Assembly (NCBI GenBank): GCA_025453495.1
Contig: JALOQM010000001.1
Location: forward strand, 15,664-79,663
DNA: 64,000 bases
Direction: 5' to 3'
Source: Minisyncoccota bacterium
GTDB taxonomy: Bacteria > Patescibacteriota > Minisyncoccia > Phycocordibacterales > UBA9973
Shown here: piece after piece, positions 30,500 through 40,033 of the stretch
Layout of the letters: each line of letters begins with the position of its first letter
How positions within the stretch are numbered: position 1 is the stretch's first letter
The notes under the pieces: generated by a model
Databases searched by the model: none
Told to the model about the DNA's origin: nothing
The model's input: only the letters and a program-made list of their open reading frames with translations
Made by a program: the position numbers and the translations under genes

Positions 30500-30758
30500 G
30501 CTTGCAAACTTCACAGAGGAAGTGAGCGACGTACGAATGTCGCTCACATTTTTTTCTAAATACACACCGTTGGTACGATGCGTAGAACCAATTTGGCACT
30601 CTCACGTTAAACGTGAATCAGAAAAATTCGTGGGGAGAGCCGGATTCGAACCGGCACGGACGTTAGTCCATCAGATTGAAGTCTGACGAGTCTGCCAATT
30701 CCTCCATCCCCCTCAAGAATAAAATAAAAAGAACAATTCCTCTGTGAAGTTTGCAAGC
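30500..30758 (-). other. 23S rRNA intervening sequence in helix 45
   Basis: Perfect 22-bp inverted repeat (30500-30521 / 30737-30758) lies between CCGAATTTGAGG and GGTAGGAGAG, the helix-45 context. Confidence 0.88.
30631..30713 (-). tRNA. Class II (Leu-type) tRNA-like element with UCA in a 6-nt anticodon loop, inside the helix-45 IVS
   Basis: AGGGGGA-TG-GAGGAATTGGCAGACTC-G-TCAGA CTTCAA TCTGA-TGGACTAACGTCCGT-GCCGG TTCGAAT CCGGC-TCTCCCC-A. It has an A1:C72 mismatch and no CCA after A73. Confidence 0.75.
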
Positions 30759-30834
30759 CCTCAAATTCGGTACTACGCTTAGCCCCGATTATTTTCGGCG
30801 CAGAGATTCTCGATGAGTGAGCTGTTACGCTTTC

Positions 30835-30866
<32 letters not shown>

Positions 30867-31304
30867 TCATTGTTTAAGAACCTCTACATCCTTGTTTTGC
30901 ACTCAGCGTAGATTTAGGGACCTTATTTAGAGATCTGGGCTGTTTCCCTTTTGACTGATGGAGCTTCGCCCCCATAGTCTAACTGCTACGTTGTAACTCT
31001 TGGTATTCGGAGTTTGATAGGTGTCGCGAGATTGCTCCCTGTCGAAACCTTCCAGTGCTCTACCCCCAAGAGGATCACGTAACGCTAGCCCTAAAGCTAT
31101 TTCGGAGAGAACCAGCTATTACCAGGTTCGATTAGCTTTTCACTCCATACCACAGGTCATCCGAAGACGTTGTACGATCTACCGGTTCGGGCCTCCCCCC
31201 GACCTTCGTCGGGGTTCACCCTGCCCATGGCAAGCTCACCTGGCTTCGGGTCTTATGTGTGCTACCAATTACGCGCTATTAACACTTGGTTTCCCTGGGA
31301 CTCC

Positions 31305-31412
31305 CCCCGCCTCACTTTTCGAAGTCTCTTGTCTTTCGTTTTACAACAAACATGAGACCTCACATTTTTGATGCTCCTTGTATTTCAAGGAGTTTCAAAA
31401 AGTGGGGCGGGG
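31305..31412 (-). other. ~100-nt expansion or IVS in 23S helix 28
   Basis: ccccgcctcactttt / aaaagtggggcgggg close a stem that replaces the short hairpin between GGCTAAC and GGAG..AGGGAAACC. Confidence 0.7.
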
Positions 31413-31539
31413 TTAGCCGAGCAACACACATAAACTCGTTGGCTCATTCTTCAATAGGCACGCCGTGACGGTAGCAAGCTACCGCTCCGACTCCTTGTAA
31501 GCATACAGTTTCAGGTCTATTTCACCGCCCTTATCGGGC

Positions 31540-31581
<42 letters not shown>

Positions 31582-32383
31582 TTTAAGAGTATTTAGCCTT
31601 GCCGGTTAGTGCCGGCAGATTCCTCCAAGCTATTCGTGTCTTGAAGTACTCAAGAACAGTGACAAAGAAGATATGTTATTTTCGTCTACAGGGCCATCAC
31701 CTTCTGCGGCGTTGCTTTCCAGCAACTTCAACTAACAACATATTTTTTGACTTCTCTAGTAAACTACATCACTGCCTTACAACCCCGACATCCGAAGACA
31801 TCGGTTTGGGCTGTTTCCTTTTCGCTCGCCGCTACTTAGGAAATGTCGATCTTACGATCATTGTTTTCTGTTCCTCCTGGTACTGAGATGTTTCACTTCC
31901 CAGGGTGCGCTCCCGCGTGCGTTCGCACGAAGGCTCTCGAGGGTTGCTCGAGAAGGTTTCCCCATTCGGACATCTTCGGGTCAAAGGTTGCTAGGCACCT
32001 CACCGAAGCTTATCGCAGCCACGCCACGTCCTTCATCGCCTCTTAAAGCCAAGGCATCCACCGTATGCTCTTAATTTCCTATTAGGAAATTTAAAAATCA
32101 CACTTGCACTCCGACACAAGGTCGGAGTTTGTTTTCTTCACGATGCGACCGCTCGCCCCATGAAGAAAACGACTTGCTATACAATTCTTACCTACCTGTC
32201 TCAACACGGCTCAAAGACCCAGAAAGTCTGGTGTGTTGGACAGAATGCAATTATCAATCAGCTGTCTTCCGGTCAATTGTCTGAACTAAAAAACCGCCTG
32301 GCGGCGGCAAGCAAAAACGAGCGAACGTTTATTACTTGCGCCGTAGTTGTCTGTTAGTTGTTTTCATATTTACAATGTCCCCA

Positions 32384-32411
32384 AGTATATAGAAATAAAA
32401 AAAGAAGTCAA
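32384..32411 (-). promoter_or_regulatory. Probable promoter of the 23S-5S transcript
   Basis: TTGACT-N16-TATACT about 300 nt upstream of 23S. Confidence 0.7.
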
Positions 32412-32559
32412 CCCCATATTCTATTTTGCTGATGTGTAAAACATATTGAGCTTTCCAAAGCAGCAATAGGACCAAAAACTACAGGGTCAGAGATATTAAA
32501 GCAATAAATAAAAAACCCTGACACCATAGTGGCATCAGGGTTAAAAAAAATTTTGTAAC

Positions 32560-32973
32560 CTACTCTTGCTTATATGATTGTCGCATAGCAACAATCTGCT
32601 TGTTGGGATCATTGACTGGATTGTGTCCGCAAGCAGAGATGATATTGCCATGCGAATCAAAAAATAAATCATTCTGATACTCCAGGATAATCGGCGACTT
32701 CAATTTCCAAATCTGTCCTTTAGCCACCCAGCGTTCAAGATCATCTTTTTGCCAAGAGGTTCGGAAACTGAAGCCATGGTAATAACAATCAGGTAATTCC
32801 GGAAAAGAAGTAAAATACTGCATCCGCCGGAGCGACACATCCGATGGGAAATTGTCAGGATACACATACTGGACGTTCAGTTTTTTCTGCTTGATCTCTT
32901 CCACGGTCAATTTACTGGGATCAAACTTTATGGACGTTTTTTCAGGTCCAGGTGATTGTTTCTTCATAGGCAT
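32560..32973 (-). CDS. Hypothetical protein
   Basis: 137-aa ORF bracketed by terminator hairpins at ~32510-32545 and ~33043-33070. Confidence 0.6.
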   Translation of the reverse strand: MPMKKQSPGPEKTSIKFDPSKLTVEEIKQKKLNVQYVYPDNFPSDVSLRRMQYFTSFPELPDCYYHGFSFRTSWQKDDLERWVAKGQIWKLKSPIILEYQNDLFFDSHGNIISACGHNPVNDPNKQIVAMRQSYKQE

Positions 32974-33089
32974 CTGTGTATTGGTGAGAACGTATATTAC
33001 TAAAAAGTATCTTACAACAAATTCTATACTTTGTCAGCAATTCAAAAAAGCCCCGTATGGGGCTTTTTTGTGTGAAAGGTGTATACGAC

Positions 33090-33779
33090 TTAGTCGTTGT
33101 TTTTCATATCACCACTCATCTTGTCAATAGCGCGAGCTGCTGCATCGCGACCACCAAGGCCAAATGCAAGACCACCGGCGATTGTAAGCATAGCGACGAG
33201 ACCAGTGAAGAGGATCTGCATGAACTGTGGTGCGACACCAAGCTGTGAAAGCGCAATAATAAATGCAAAGATCCAGACTGCATATCGAGCGACTGTTGCT
33301 ACCATATTTGCGCGAGGCATGTGTGCTGCCTTTGCAGATGATGCGACAACACGACCGATTGCATTGGCAATAATAGCAGCAAGGACAAGGATAAGTGCTG
33401 CGATGACCACCTGTGGCAAGTACGAGAGTACTACTTCACGGAGGAAGTCATTTACCTGATTGAGACCAAGAATCTCAAGTGAGGTCATGAGGAACACTGC
33501 AAGGATAAACCAGCGGACAACTTCACCAAGGAAGTGGCCTACGTTGAGTTTGATTCCTGCGCGACCAAGCATCTCGTCTGCGCCGGCACTCTGGAACACC
33601 TTGTCTACCTTGAGTGACTGCATGATCTTGTCGATCGCCTTGGCGATGACATCAGCGACTACCCAACCGACGATGAAAATAATGATCGCAACCAAAAGAT
33701 TTGGGACAAAGCTGATGAAGCCGTACCAGAGATTCTGAAGCGATGAGCTGAACACTTCTCCCCATGTTTGAATAAACAT
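33090..33779 (-). CDS. Conserved TM-helix repeat protein (CmpX / MscS-TM-like)
   Basis: Repeated P.L..A.II..VG helices and C-terminal GLAFGLGG. Confidence 0.85.
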   Translation of the reverse strand: MFIQTWGEVFSSSLQNLWYGFISFVPNLLVAIIIFIVGWVVADVIAKAIDKIMQSLKVDKVFQSAGADEMLGRAGIKLNVGHFLGEVVRWFILAVFLMTSLEILGLNQVNDFLREVVLSYLPQVVIAALILVLAAIIANAIGRVVASSAKAAHMPRANMVATVARYAVWIFAFIIALSQLGVAPQFMQILFTGLVAMLTIAGGLAFGLGGRDAAARAIDKMSGDMKNND

Positions 33780-33911
33780 TTTGAAAATAGGTGCGCCATA
33801 ATGGCGCTGTTATATTACTGCTAATAAAATTTAAAATGACCTTTTACAGTCGTATATCTATTATACCAATTTTCGCATACACGCACAGATGTATGTGGAT
33901 AAAAATGACGC

Positions 33912-34541
33912 TTAGCGACCAAGAGGAATACCGGTCATATCGAGTATTTTTTCGTGCGGATAGTCGAGGATATCGCGAATCAACTTGTCTTGCATATCAA
34001 GACGGTAGAGGAAGTCATTTGTGGTAAACAGAGCATAGACCAACTCGCGGCCAATCTCAGACTCAAGTGAACGCAAGACAGCCTCGATTGAACTTCGCTT
34101 GAGTCCATCACCGACAATCATAAGGTCAACGCGACTGTCTGGATTCTTGATGAAGACACCTGCGACAATGCACAGCTTGAGCTTCCCTGCAGAACGAAAA
34201 CGCGAAAGCAAATCTTTGTGTTCAAAAGAACTATTCTCGATAAGGAGTTGGCGAAGTGCCTTCAGATGACTATAAGAGAAGACAAGCTGCCAGCCCGCGA
34301 CACGCTTCTTTGATTTCACTAGCTTCTTGCCCGACTTCTTCTCAAACTCTTTGAAGAAGGTTTTTGTTTTTACGAAGCCTGCTGCTTCGAGAATACGCAT
34401 TTCGCGTGGAAGTTGCTTCTTCGATACTTTGCTACGAGACATAATATCAGTGGCATCAAATACTGCTTCAGAGTTGAGCAAAAAGAGACGCATAATCTTC
34501 ACGCGTGCTTCAGAGCCAAATAATTTTCCGAGTGATTCCAT
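33912..34541 (-). CDS. Winged-HTH plus nucleotidyltransferase-like fold protein
   Basis: N-terminal LFGS..RVKIMRLF HTH; C-terminal G.F....S.VDLMIVG; family recognised by eye. Confidence 0.65.
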   Translation of the reverse strand: MESLGKLFGSEARVKIMRLFLLNSEAVFDATDIMSRSKVSKKQLPREMRILEAAGFVKTKTFFKEFEKKSGKKLVKSKKRVAGWQLVFSYSHLKALRQLLIENSSFEHKDLLSRFRSAGKLKLCIVAGVFIKNPDSRVDLMIVGDGLKRSSIEAVLRSLESEIGRELVYALFTTNDFLYRLDMQDKLIRDILDYPHEKILDMTGIPLGR

Positions 34542-34748
34542 CCTGTAGTGAAAAATGGTATCGCCCCTGAGGGCGAAAACCAATTATGATTACTTGTTAA
34601 TACTAGCGCTGTTTGTGATTTATCTCAATGACCCCTAATTTCTAATGCCATTTTCTACTACGGGATCCACAATTACTTCGATACTAACACAAATTGGAAA
34701 TAAAAAAATCCCTCCTTAATCATAAAAAGGGATTTTAGTGATTACGTA

Positions 34749-35138
34749 TCAATCGAGCTCAACTACTGAAATGCCGTCGGCTGTAAACAAAAAAGTAGCG
34801 GGATCGAATATATACTTCTGCAGTATTCCTTCTTCTTCGACAGCAATGTGTGGCTTCTTGATAAGACTATTTAATGCCAAATTAACAACCCCAACTGCTG
34901 TAGTCCCATTATTACAAAAACCCTGGTAACTTCCATCAACTCGTTCTGGATTAGCCAGAAGTCGAATAGCAGCTGAAAAAAGAAAAATTTCATTTGCTGC
35001 TGTTATCCTCTCACTATTAGTATACAAATGAGGCTTTGCACCAATAGCAACAAGAGCTTTAACAAACAAAATAAGAGACGGATACTCCTTCAAAAAAGAT
35101 TCATCTCCTTTCAAAAATACTTTGAGTTCTTTGCTCAT
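34749..35138 (-). CDS. Hypothetical protein
   Basis: 129-aa AT-rich ORF followed by a hairpin at ~34700-34736. Confidence 0.55.
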   Translation of the reverse strand: MSKELKVFLKGDESFLKEYPSLILFVKALVAIGAKPHLYTNSERITAANEIFLFSAAIRLLANPERVDGSYQGFCNNGTTAVGVVNLALNSLIKKPHIAVEEEGILQKYIFDPATFLFTADGISVVELD

Positions 35139-35392
35139 GGTTGTTTTTTTAGTTCTATCAGTACTCTACACCTAGAGTATTCGAAAAACAACCAAGGTTC
35201 CCACAAGCACTTTTTTTGGGAAACAATACTACTACAACAAAGACTGAAAAATATGAACGATTACGGTGATAGGTAAATCTATTTTAAAGATGAGATGCAT
35301 AGAAATCATGTGGCCAATGAAATACAATAATACATACTTACGTGTAACAAAAAACACTCAAGAGAGTGTTTTTTGTGTTTCATTCAAGCTCA

Positions 35393-35413
35393 ATCCTTCG
35401 ACAAGCTCAGGAT
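35393..35413. repeat. REP-like imperfect palindrome (ATCCTTCGACAAGCTCAGGAT)
   Basis: Matches, from memory, a widespread CCTGAGCTTGTCGAAGG extragenic repeat; only one copy seen here, just after the rplL stop. Confidence 0.45.
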
Positions 35414-35424
35414 TCCATTAAAAG

Positions 35425-35796
35425 TTATTTCAACTCCACTTTTCCTCCCGCCTCTTCGATCTTCTTCTTGATGTCTTCTGCTTCTTCTTTCTTTGCACCT
35501 TCCTTGAGAGTTGCAGGGATATTGTCTACCATGTCCTTTGCCTCCTTAAGACCAAGACCAAGTGCTTCCTTGACGACTTTCATAACGCCGATTTTCTGCT
35601 CACCTGCATTTGTAAGAACAACAGTAAAGGTATCCTTTTCTTCTGCACCGCCTTCTGCAGCACCTGCTGCAGGACCTGCTACAGCGACTGCCGCAGCTGA
35701 GACACCGAACTTCTCTTCGATAGCTTTCACGAGCTCATTGAGTTCAAGCACTGATGCGCCTTCGAGTTCTGTGAGAAATGAATCAAATTTTGCCAT
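35425..35796 (-). CDS. rplL: 50S ribosomal protein L7/L12
   Basis: [10 protein letters not shown] hinge and [11 protein letters not shown]. Confidence 0.97.
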   Translation of the reverse strand: MAKFDSFLTELEGASVLELNELVKAIEEKFGVSAAAVAVAGPAAGAAEGGAEEKDTFTVVLTNAGEQKIGVMKVVKEALGLGLKEAKDMVDNIPATLKEGAKKEEAEDIKKKIEEAGGKVELK

Positions 35797-35873
35797 AGAT
35801 GTAATAAATAAATGAATAATACAGTATGCTCCTTACCCTAAATCCACCTTTTGCGGATTAGGCAAGCAGTACA

Positions 35874-36365
35874 CTAGTTTGTTTTTTTAGCCGCAACAGC
35901 ATTGACTGCGATAGCCAAACGCTGCATTGGAGACTTGAGCAAGAATGCAATTTGCGAAAGCAATACTTCACGTGAAGGAATCGTTGCGACACCTTCCATC
36001 GCACTCTTATCCATATACTTGCCTTGGAATACGCCACCAAGAATTGAGATGCTTTTTTTATGTTCCTTTTGGAAATTGTATACACCACGTGCCGCAGCAA
36101 TCGGATCAGCTGAGTAGGCGATAGCGACTTCACCAGTAAGGTCGGGCATCTCTCCTTCGATACTTGCAGCATCGAGCGCGCGCTTGAGCAATGTCTTTTT
36201 TACTACTTTGTATGATGCACTATCCGCACGAAGGTTCTTGCGGAGATTTGTTGCATCAAACACAGTGAGCCCCTTGAAATTTACAAATACGACGGATTGT
36301 GCTCCATCAATTGTAGTTGCAAGTTCTCCCTGTATCTTAACTTTATCTTCTTTTTTTAATGCCAT
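35874..36365 (-). CDS. rplJ: 50S ribosomal protein L10
   Basis: VVKKTLLKRAL and ATIPSREVLL; upstream of rplL. Confidence 0.95.
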   Translation of the reverse strand: MALKKEDKVKIQGELATTIDGAQSVVFVNFKGLTVFDATNLRKNLRADSASYKVVKKTLLKRALDAASIEGEMPDLTGEVAIAYSADPIAAARGVYNFQKEHKKSISILGGVFQGKYMDKSAMEGVATIPSREVLLSQIAFLLKSPMQRLAIAVNAVAAKKTN

Positions 36366-36469
36366 GAGAATCAGTTGCTCGTTAGTTGTGTAGGTATAGT
36401 TTGACTGCAAATATATTGCACCATACCCAAGATACAAAACGAGAACCTTAAAAAAATAAATCGACCAAC

Positions 36470-36560
36470 GGCCGTAGAAGTTGCTCTCATATAGACAAGA
36501 GCGACACCTCGGCAGGGCTTCTGTTCCATTTCTCTGGAACCGCCTGCTGTCTTAAGCCAC
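36470..36560 (-). promoter_or_regulatory. L10 leader (autoregulatory RNA)
   Basis: Minus strand AAGACAGCAGG...CCTGCCGAGG kink-turn-type core upstream of rplJ. Confidence 0.75.
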
Positions 36561-36626
36561 GAATGCAGTCTATCCTAGACGAGCAATTTGTCAATAAAAA
36601 ATAGCCATCCCTCAAAGGAGAAATGG

Positions 36627-37481
36627 CTATTGTGTAAGTAGATTTGGTTTTTTGGAAAGTAGCATTCCAGTATTTCCATACCAGATGTACCATTTTTTTT
36701 TATTTACTGGCGACTCTTCCCAGACAATACACACGGCGTTGTTGTCACCATGGCATGCACCGCACGCGATCCGTACGACATGTTCATCAACGGCAGTACC
36801 ATACATACGCACCCATACGACTCCTCCATCTGAAGTGAGTTTTGCTAGAAAGAGATCTCTTTGTCCATTGCTTGTACAAAGCGTATTCGTGCCAAGTACT
36901 GCAGTTTGAGAAAATGAACCAGCGACGTATACATGCCCACTATCGTTGCTAGCAAGTGAATAGGCTTCGTCATCTCCAGCCCCGCCTGCAATCACCTTTG
37001 CCCAGAGGTTGTGACCGTTGTCGTCATACTTTGCCACAAAGCCATCATAGCCTCCTTTTGCAGACAATACTGCTTTTGGAAATGGACATGCTAGCTCAAA
37101 GGTCCCAGCGACGACTACATTGCCGTAGTGATCAACAACTATGTCATAGCCAATTTCACTATTTGCAGTACCAGAGATAGCACACCAGATGCGAGCACCA
37201 TAGTGAGTAAACTTTGCGAGATAAAAATCCATCTCGCCTTTTGCCGACACGAGTGTGTCACCAAAGCGCGCTATACCACGAAATCCGCCGACGACAAAGA
37301 CATTGCCTTTTTCGTCATAGAGCTTCCGCATGATGTAGATTTGGTTGTTGCCGTTATCTACATACACTGACGTGACGTCATTTTTTGTAATTGCCAGTGT
37401 AGCTGGTGCTTCCGTATTTGCATTTGCAAAAACAGAAGTACCAAACAATACAGCAATACATACGTTTTTTGTTTTGTTCAT
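36627..37481 (-). CDS. Secreted SBBP-repeat beta-propeller protein (no T9SS C-terminal domain)
   Basis: Signal peptide and repeats D..GNV.V.G.F...D.F.AK....G...W. Confidence 0.8.
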   Translation of the reverse strand: MNKTKNVCIAVLFGTSVFANANTEAPATLAITKNDVTSVYVDNGNNQIYIMRKLYDEKGNVFVVGGFRGIARFGDTLVSAKGEMDFYLAKFTHYGARIWCAISGTANSEIGYDIVVDHYGNVVVAGTFELACPFPKAVLSAKGGYDGFVAKYDDNGHNLWAKVIAGGAGDDEAYSLASNDSGHVYVAGSFSQTAVLGTNTLCTSNGQRDLFLAKLTSDGGVVWVRMYGTAVDEHVVRIACGACHGDNNAVCIVWEESPVNKKKWYIWYGNTGMLLSKKPNLLTQ

Positions 37482-37577
37482 TTTTTCTGTTTTTGTGGAA
37501 CATTTCAGAATAGAAATTACCATATTAAGTTATTTATGTCAATGTTTTATGGTAATGAGTAACTAAGTCTTTTGTTT

Positions 37578-37619
37578 GTATAAACAAAAAAGTACCTCAG
37601 GCATTGCTGCCAGAGATAC
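37578..37619 (-). terminator. Intrinsic terminator after the small ORF
   Basis: GTATCTCTGGCA-GCAA-TGCCTGAGGTAC followed by TTTTTTGTTT. Confidence 0.7.
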
Positions 37620-37656
37620 AAAGGGTAAAAGGTACAAAAGCAAAGGCCCTATTTGG

Positions 37657-37737
37657 TCAGTTGCGGAACCACCACGCGATGGCGGTGAGCCCAGCCACTT
37701 TGTGGCCGGAAGTCTCATTGAACGGTTGGTTGCTCAT
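37657..37737 (-). CDS. Putative 26-aa leader-like peptide MSNQPFNETSGHKVAGLTAIAWWFRN
   Basis: Manual translation. GC-rich ORF in an AT-rich gap, with an upstream TTGACT-N16-TATTAT element and a downstream terminator. Confidence 0.5.
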   Translation of the reverse strand: MSNQPFNETSGHKVAGLTAIAWWFRN

Positions 37738-37889
37738 TTTGCTTAAGGATTTTAATGTGCTTTGTCGGTTTTTTAGCGCTCTGTCCGACCAGAGATGTAA
37801 TATACTATTACTGAGTAAAATAATATAATATTATTTATAAAAGTCAAATTTACACACAAAAGCCCCTTGAGGGGCTTTTGTGAGAGAAG

Positions 37890-38429
37890 TTATTTCTTAA
37901 ACGGCACACCGATGAGTTCAAAAAATGCTGTCGCTTCTTGTTTAGTCTTCGCTGTTGTTACAAGTGTGATCGAGAGACCGAAGACATCTTTGATTTCCTC
38001 ATCAACTGTCTCTGGGAAAATAGTATGTTCTTTGATAGAGAGAGTCATGTTGCCGATATCATCAACTGCTGTGCGATTGAGTCCGCGGAAGTCCTTTGTG
38101 CGAGGAAGTGACACAGCAAAGAGTTTGTCGAGAAATCCGTACATGCGAGCACCACGAAGCGTCACCATGACACCGATTGCATCACCTTGGCGGAGCTTGA
38201 AACTCGCGATTGATTTCTTTGCACCACGAAGTGCTGGCTTCTGGCCAGTAATCTTCGCAATACGGTCAGCAATGAGGTCATTTCTATTTTTGTCTTTTTT
38301 AATACCTGAACCAGTACCGACATTGACGACTGCTTTGAGGAGTCGAGGGGCAGCCATTTTGTTTGTATACCCAAACTGCGCCTTGAGGGTCTCGAATGCT
38401 TTCTGTTCTTTTTGTTTTACGCTTTGCAT
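37890..38429 (-). CDS. rplE: 50S ribosomal protein L5
   Basis: ITGQKP...KSIASFKLRQG and LPRTKDFRG. Confidence 0.97.
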   Translation of the reverse strand: MQSVKQKEQKAFETLKAQFGYTNKMAAPRLLKAVVNVGTGSGIKKDKNRNDLIADRIAKITGQKPALRGAKKSIASFKLRQGDAIGVMVTLRGARMYGFLDKLFAVSLPRTKDFRGLNRTAVDDIGNMTLSIKEHTIFPETVDEEIKDVFGLSITLVTTAKTKQEATAFFELIGVPFKK

Positions 38430-38450
38430 ATGAGTTCTGTTATTGAAACG

Positions 38451-38756
38451 TTAGATTTCCTGTTCGCTCTTACGGCTAATACGGATCTTTTTACCTGCGA
38501 CTATCTTTGTCCCAGCGCGAGTCTGTACACCTTTCTTCGGATCGATGAGCATGAGATTTGAAGCTTGGATTGGCATAGCAGTATCAACCATTTTGCCCTT
38601 TGCATCCTGGCGGCGCGCACGTTCATGCTTCTTGACCATATTGACTCCCTCGACAAGTACTTTACCTGTTGCTCTAAAGACCTTAAGCACCTTTGCTTTT
38701 TTGCCCTTGTCTTTACCAGTTACCACTATGACATTGTCTCCTTTTTTTATCTGCAT
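38451..38756 (-). CDS. rplX: 50S ribosomal protein L24
   Basis: KOW motif IKKGDNVIVVTGKDKGK. Confidence 0.97.
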   Translation of the reverse strand: MQIKKGDNVIVVTGKDKGKKAKVLKVFRATGKVLVEGVNMVKKHERARRQDAKGKMVDTAMPIQASNLMLIDPKKGVQTRAGTKIVAGKKIRISRKSEQEI

Positions 38757-38767
38757 GGGATTGTTGT

Positions 38768-39139
38768 TTAGAGTACCTCAGGTGCGAGGGAAATAATCTT
38801 CTGATAACCAAGTTCACCGATTTCACGAGGAATCGGACCGAAGATGCGACCTGCCTTCGGCTCAGATTTGCCTTTCTCAAGGATGACGACTGCATTATCA
38901 TCAAAACGCACATACGAGCCATCCTTACGACGAAAAGCATTTCTTGTACGGACGACAAGTGCATGATGCACATCTTTTTTCTTAATCGCCTTGCGTGGTT
39001 CTGCGATTTTGACAGAAATCACTACGACATCACCAATTTGTGCATAGCGCTTCTTTGAACTACCAAGAATCTTGAAGACCTTTCCGACTTTTCCGCCGGC
39101 ATTGTCTGTTATCTTTACAACTGTTTCTGTCTGTATCAT
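38768..39139 (-). CDS. rplN: 50S ribosomal protein L14
   Basis: RFDDNAVVI and KIISLAPEVL. Confidence 0.97.
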   Translation of the reverse strand: MIQTETVVKITDNAGGKVGKVFKILGSSKKRYAQIGDVVVISVKIAEPRKAIKKKDVHHALVVRTRNAFRRKDGSYVRFDDNAVVILEKGKSEPKAGRIFGPIPREIGELGYQKIISLAPEVL

Positions 39140-39141
39140 GG

Positions 39142-39393
39142 CTATTTCGTTACTACGATAAACGACTTATCTTTTGACATCGGACGGCACTCCTCGATGA
39201 TCACTTTGTCACCGACCTTGCAGGTATTGTCTGCATCATGCGCCTTATACTTCTTGCTGCGCTTGATGTATTTTTTGTACTTTGGGTGCTTAATGAAGCG
39301 AGTGACTGATACCACAGCTGTCTTGTCCATCTTGTCACTTGTAACGACACCCGAGAGTGTTTTTCTATTCTTTTTTTGTTCGGTGTTTTTCAT
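39142..39393 (-). CDS. rpsQ: 30S ribosomal protein S17
   Basis: SDKMDKT...HPKYKK...ECRPMSK. Confidence 0.97.
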   Translation of the reverse strand: MKNTEQKKNRKTLSGVVTSDKMDKTAVVSVTRFIKHPKYKKYIKRSKKYKAHDADNTCKVGDKVIIEECRPMSKDKSFIVVTK

Positions 39394-39396
39394 AGG

Positions 39397-39585
39397 CTAT
39401 TTGTTTTTTGATGAAAGCACAGTCAGTATGCGGGCAATTTCTTTCTTAAGAAGTGATCCCTGTTTGACATTCTTGCTCTTTGCACCAGAAGCAGCAAAAC
39501 GAAATGCGCGAAGCGCGTCACGCTTCTCAGTAAGCGCCTTCACTAATTCAGTATCCTTCATGTCTTTAAAATTCAATTTCTTCAT
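39397..39585 (-). CDS. rpmC: 50S ribosomal protein L29
   Basis: KKEIARILT; position between rplP and rpsQ. Confidence 0.93.
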   Translation of the reverse strand: MKKLNFKDMKDTELVKALTEKRDALRAFRFAASGAKSKNVKQGSLLKKEIARILTVLSSKNK

Positions 39586-39596
39586 TGTAGTGTCAA

Positions 39597-40019
39597 TTAT
39601 TGTGCTTCTTCACGAGAAAGGACTTTTGTCTTTACAGGAAGCTTAGTACCGGCTTTGCGGAGTGCTTCACGTGCTATCGCTTCATCGACGCCATCCACTT
39701 CAAAAATAATACGACCTGGACGAACTTCAAAGCAGTAGCCGTCAAGATCACCTTTACCTGAACCCATGGGTACTTCTGCTGGCTTTGAAGTAAATGGACG
39801 ATCTGGAAAAATACGGATCCATACCTTACCAGCCTTCGTCAACTTACGTGTCATTGCTTTACGAGCCGACTCTATCTGGTTTGATTTCACACGAGCGCCA
39901 GTAATTGCACGAATACCGAAAGAGCCAAACGAAATTTTAGTACCGCGTGTTTCAGGGACGAGCTTTGCCTTTCGCTGAACCTGCCATTTTCTGTGTTTTA
40001 CTTTCTTTGGAAGTAACAT
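39597..40019 (-). CDS. rplP: 50S ribosomal protein L16
   Basis: VWIRIFPD and MGSGKG. Confidence 0.97.
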   Translation of the reverse strand: MLLPKKVKHRKWQVQRKAKLVPETRGTKISFGSFGIRAITGARVKSNQIESARKAMTRKLTKAGKVWIRIFPDRPFTSKPAEVPMGSGKGDLDGYCFEVRPGRIIFEVDGVDEAIAREALRKAGTKLPVKTKVLSREEAQ

Positions 40020-40033
40020 AAAATATACAAAAA

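Noticed and set aside
30631-30713. IVS tRNA as tRNA-Sec
   Set aside because: It lacks the 8-bp acceptor, 6-bp D stem and G73 of bacterial tRNA-Sec; the body is Leu-like.
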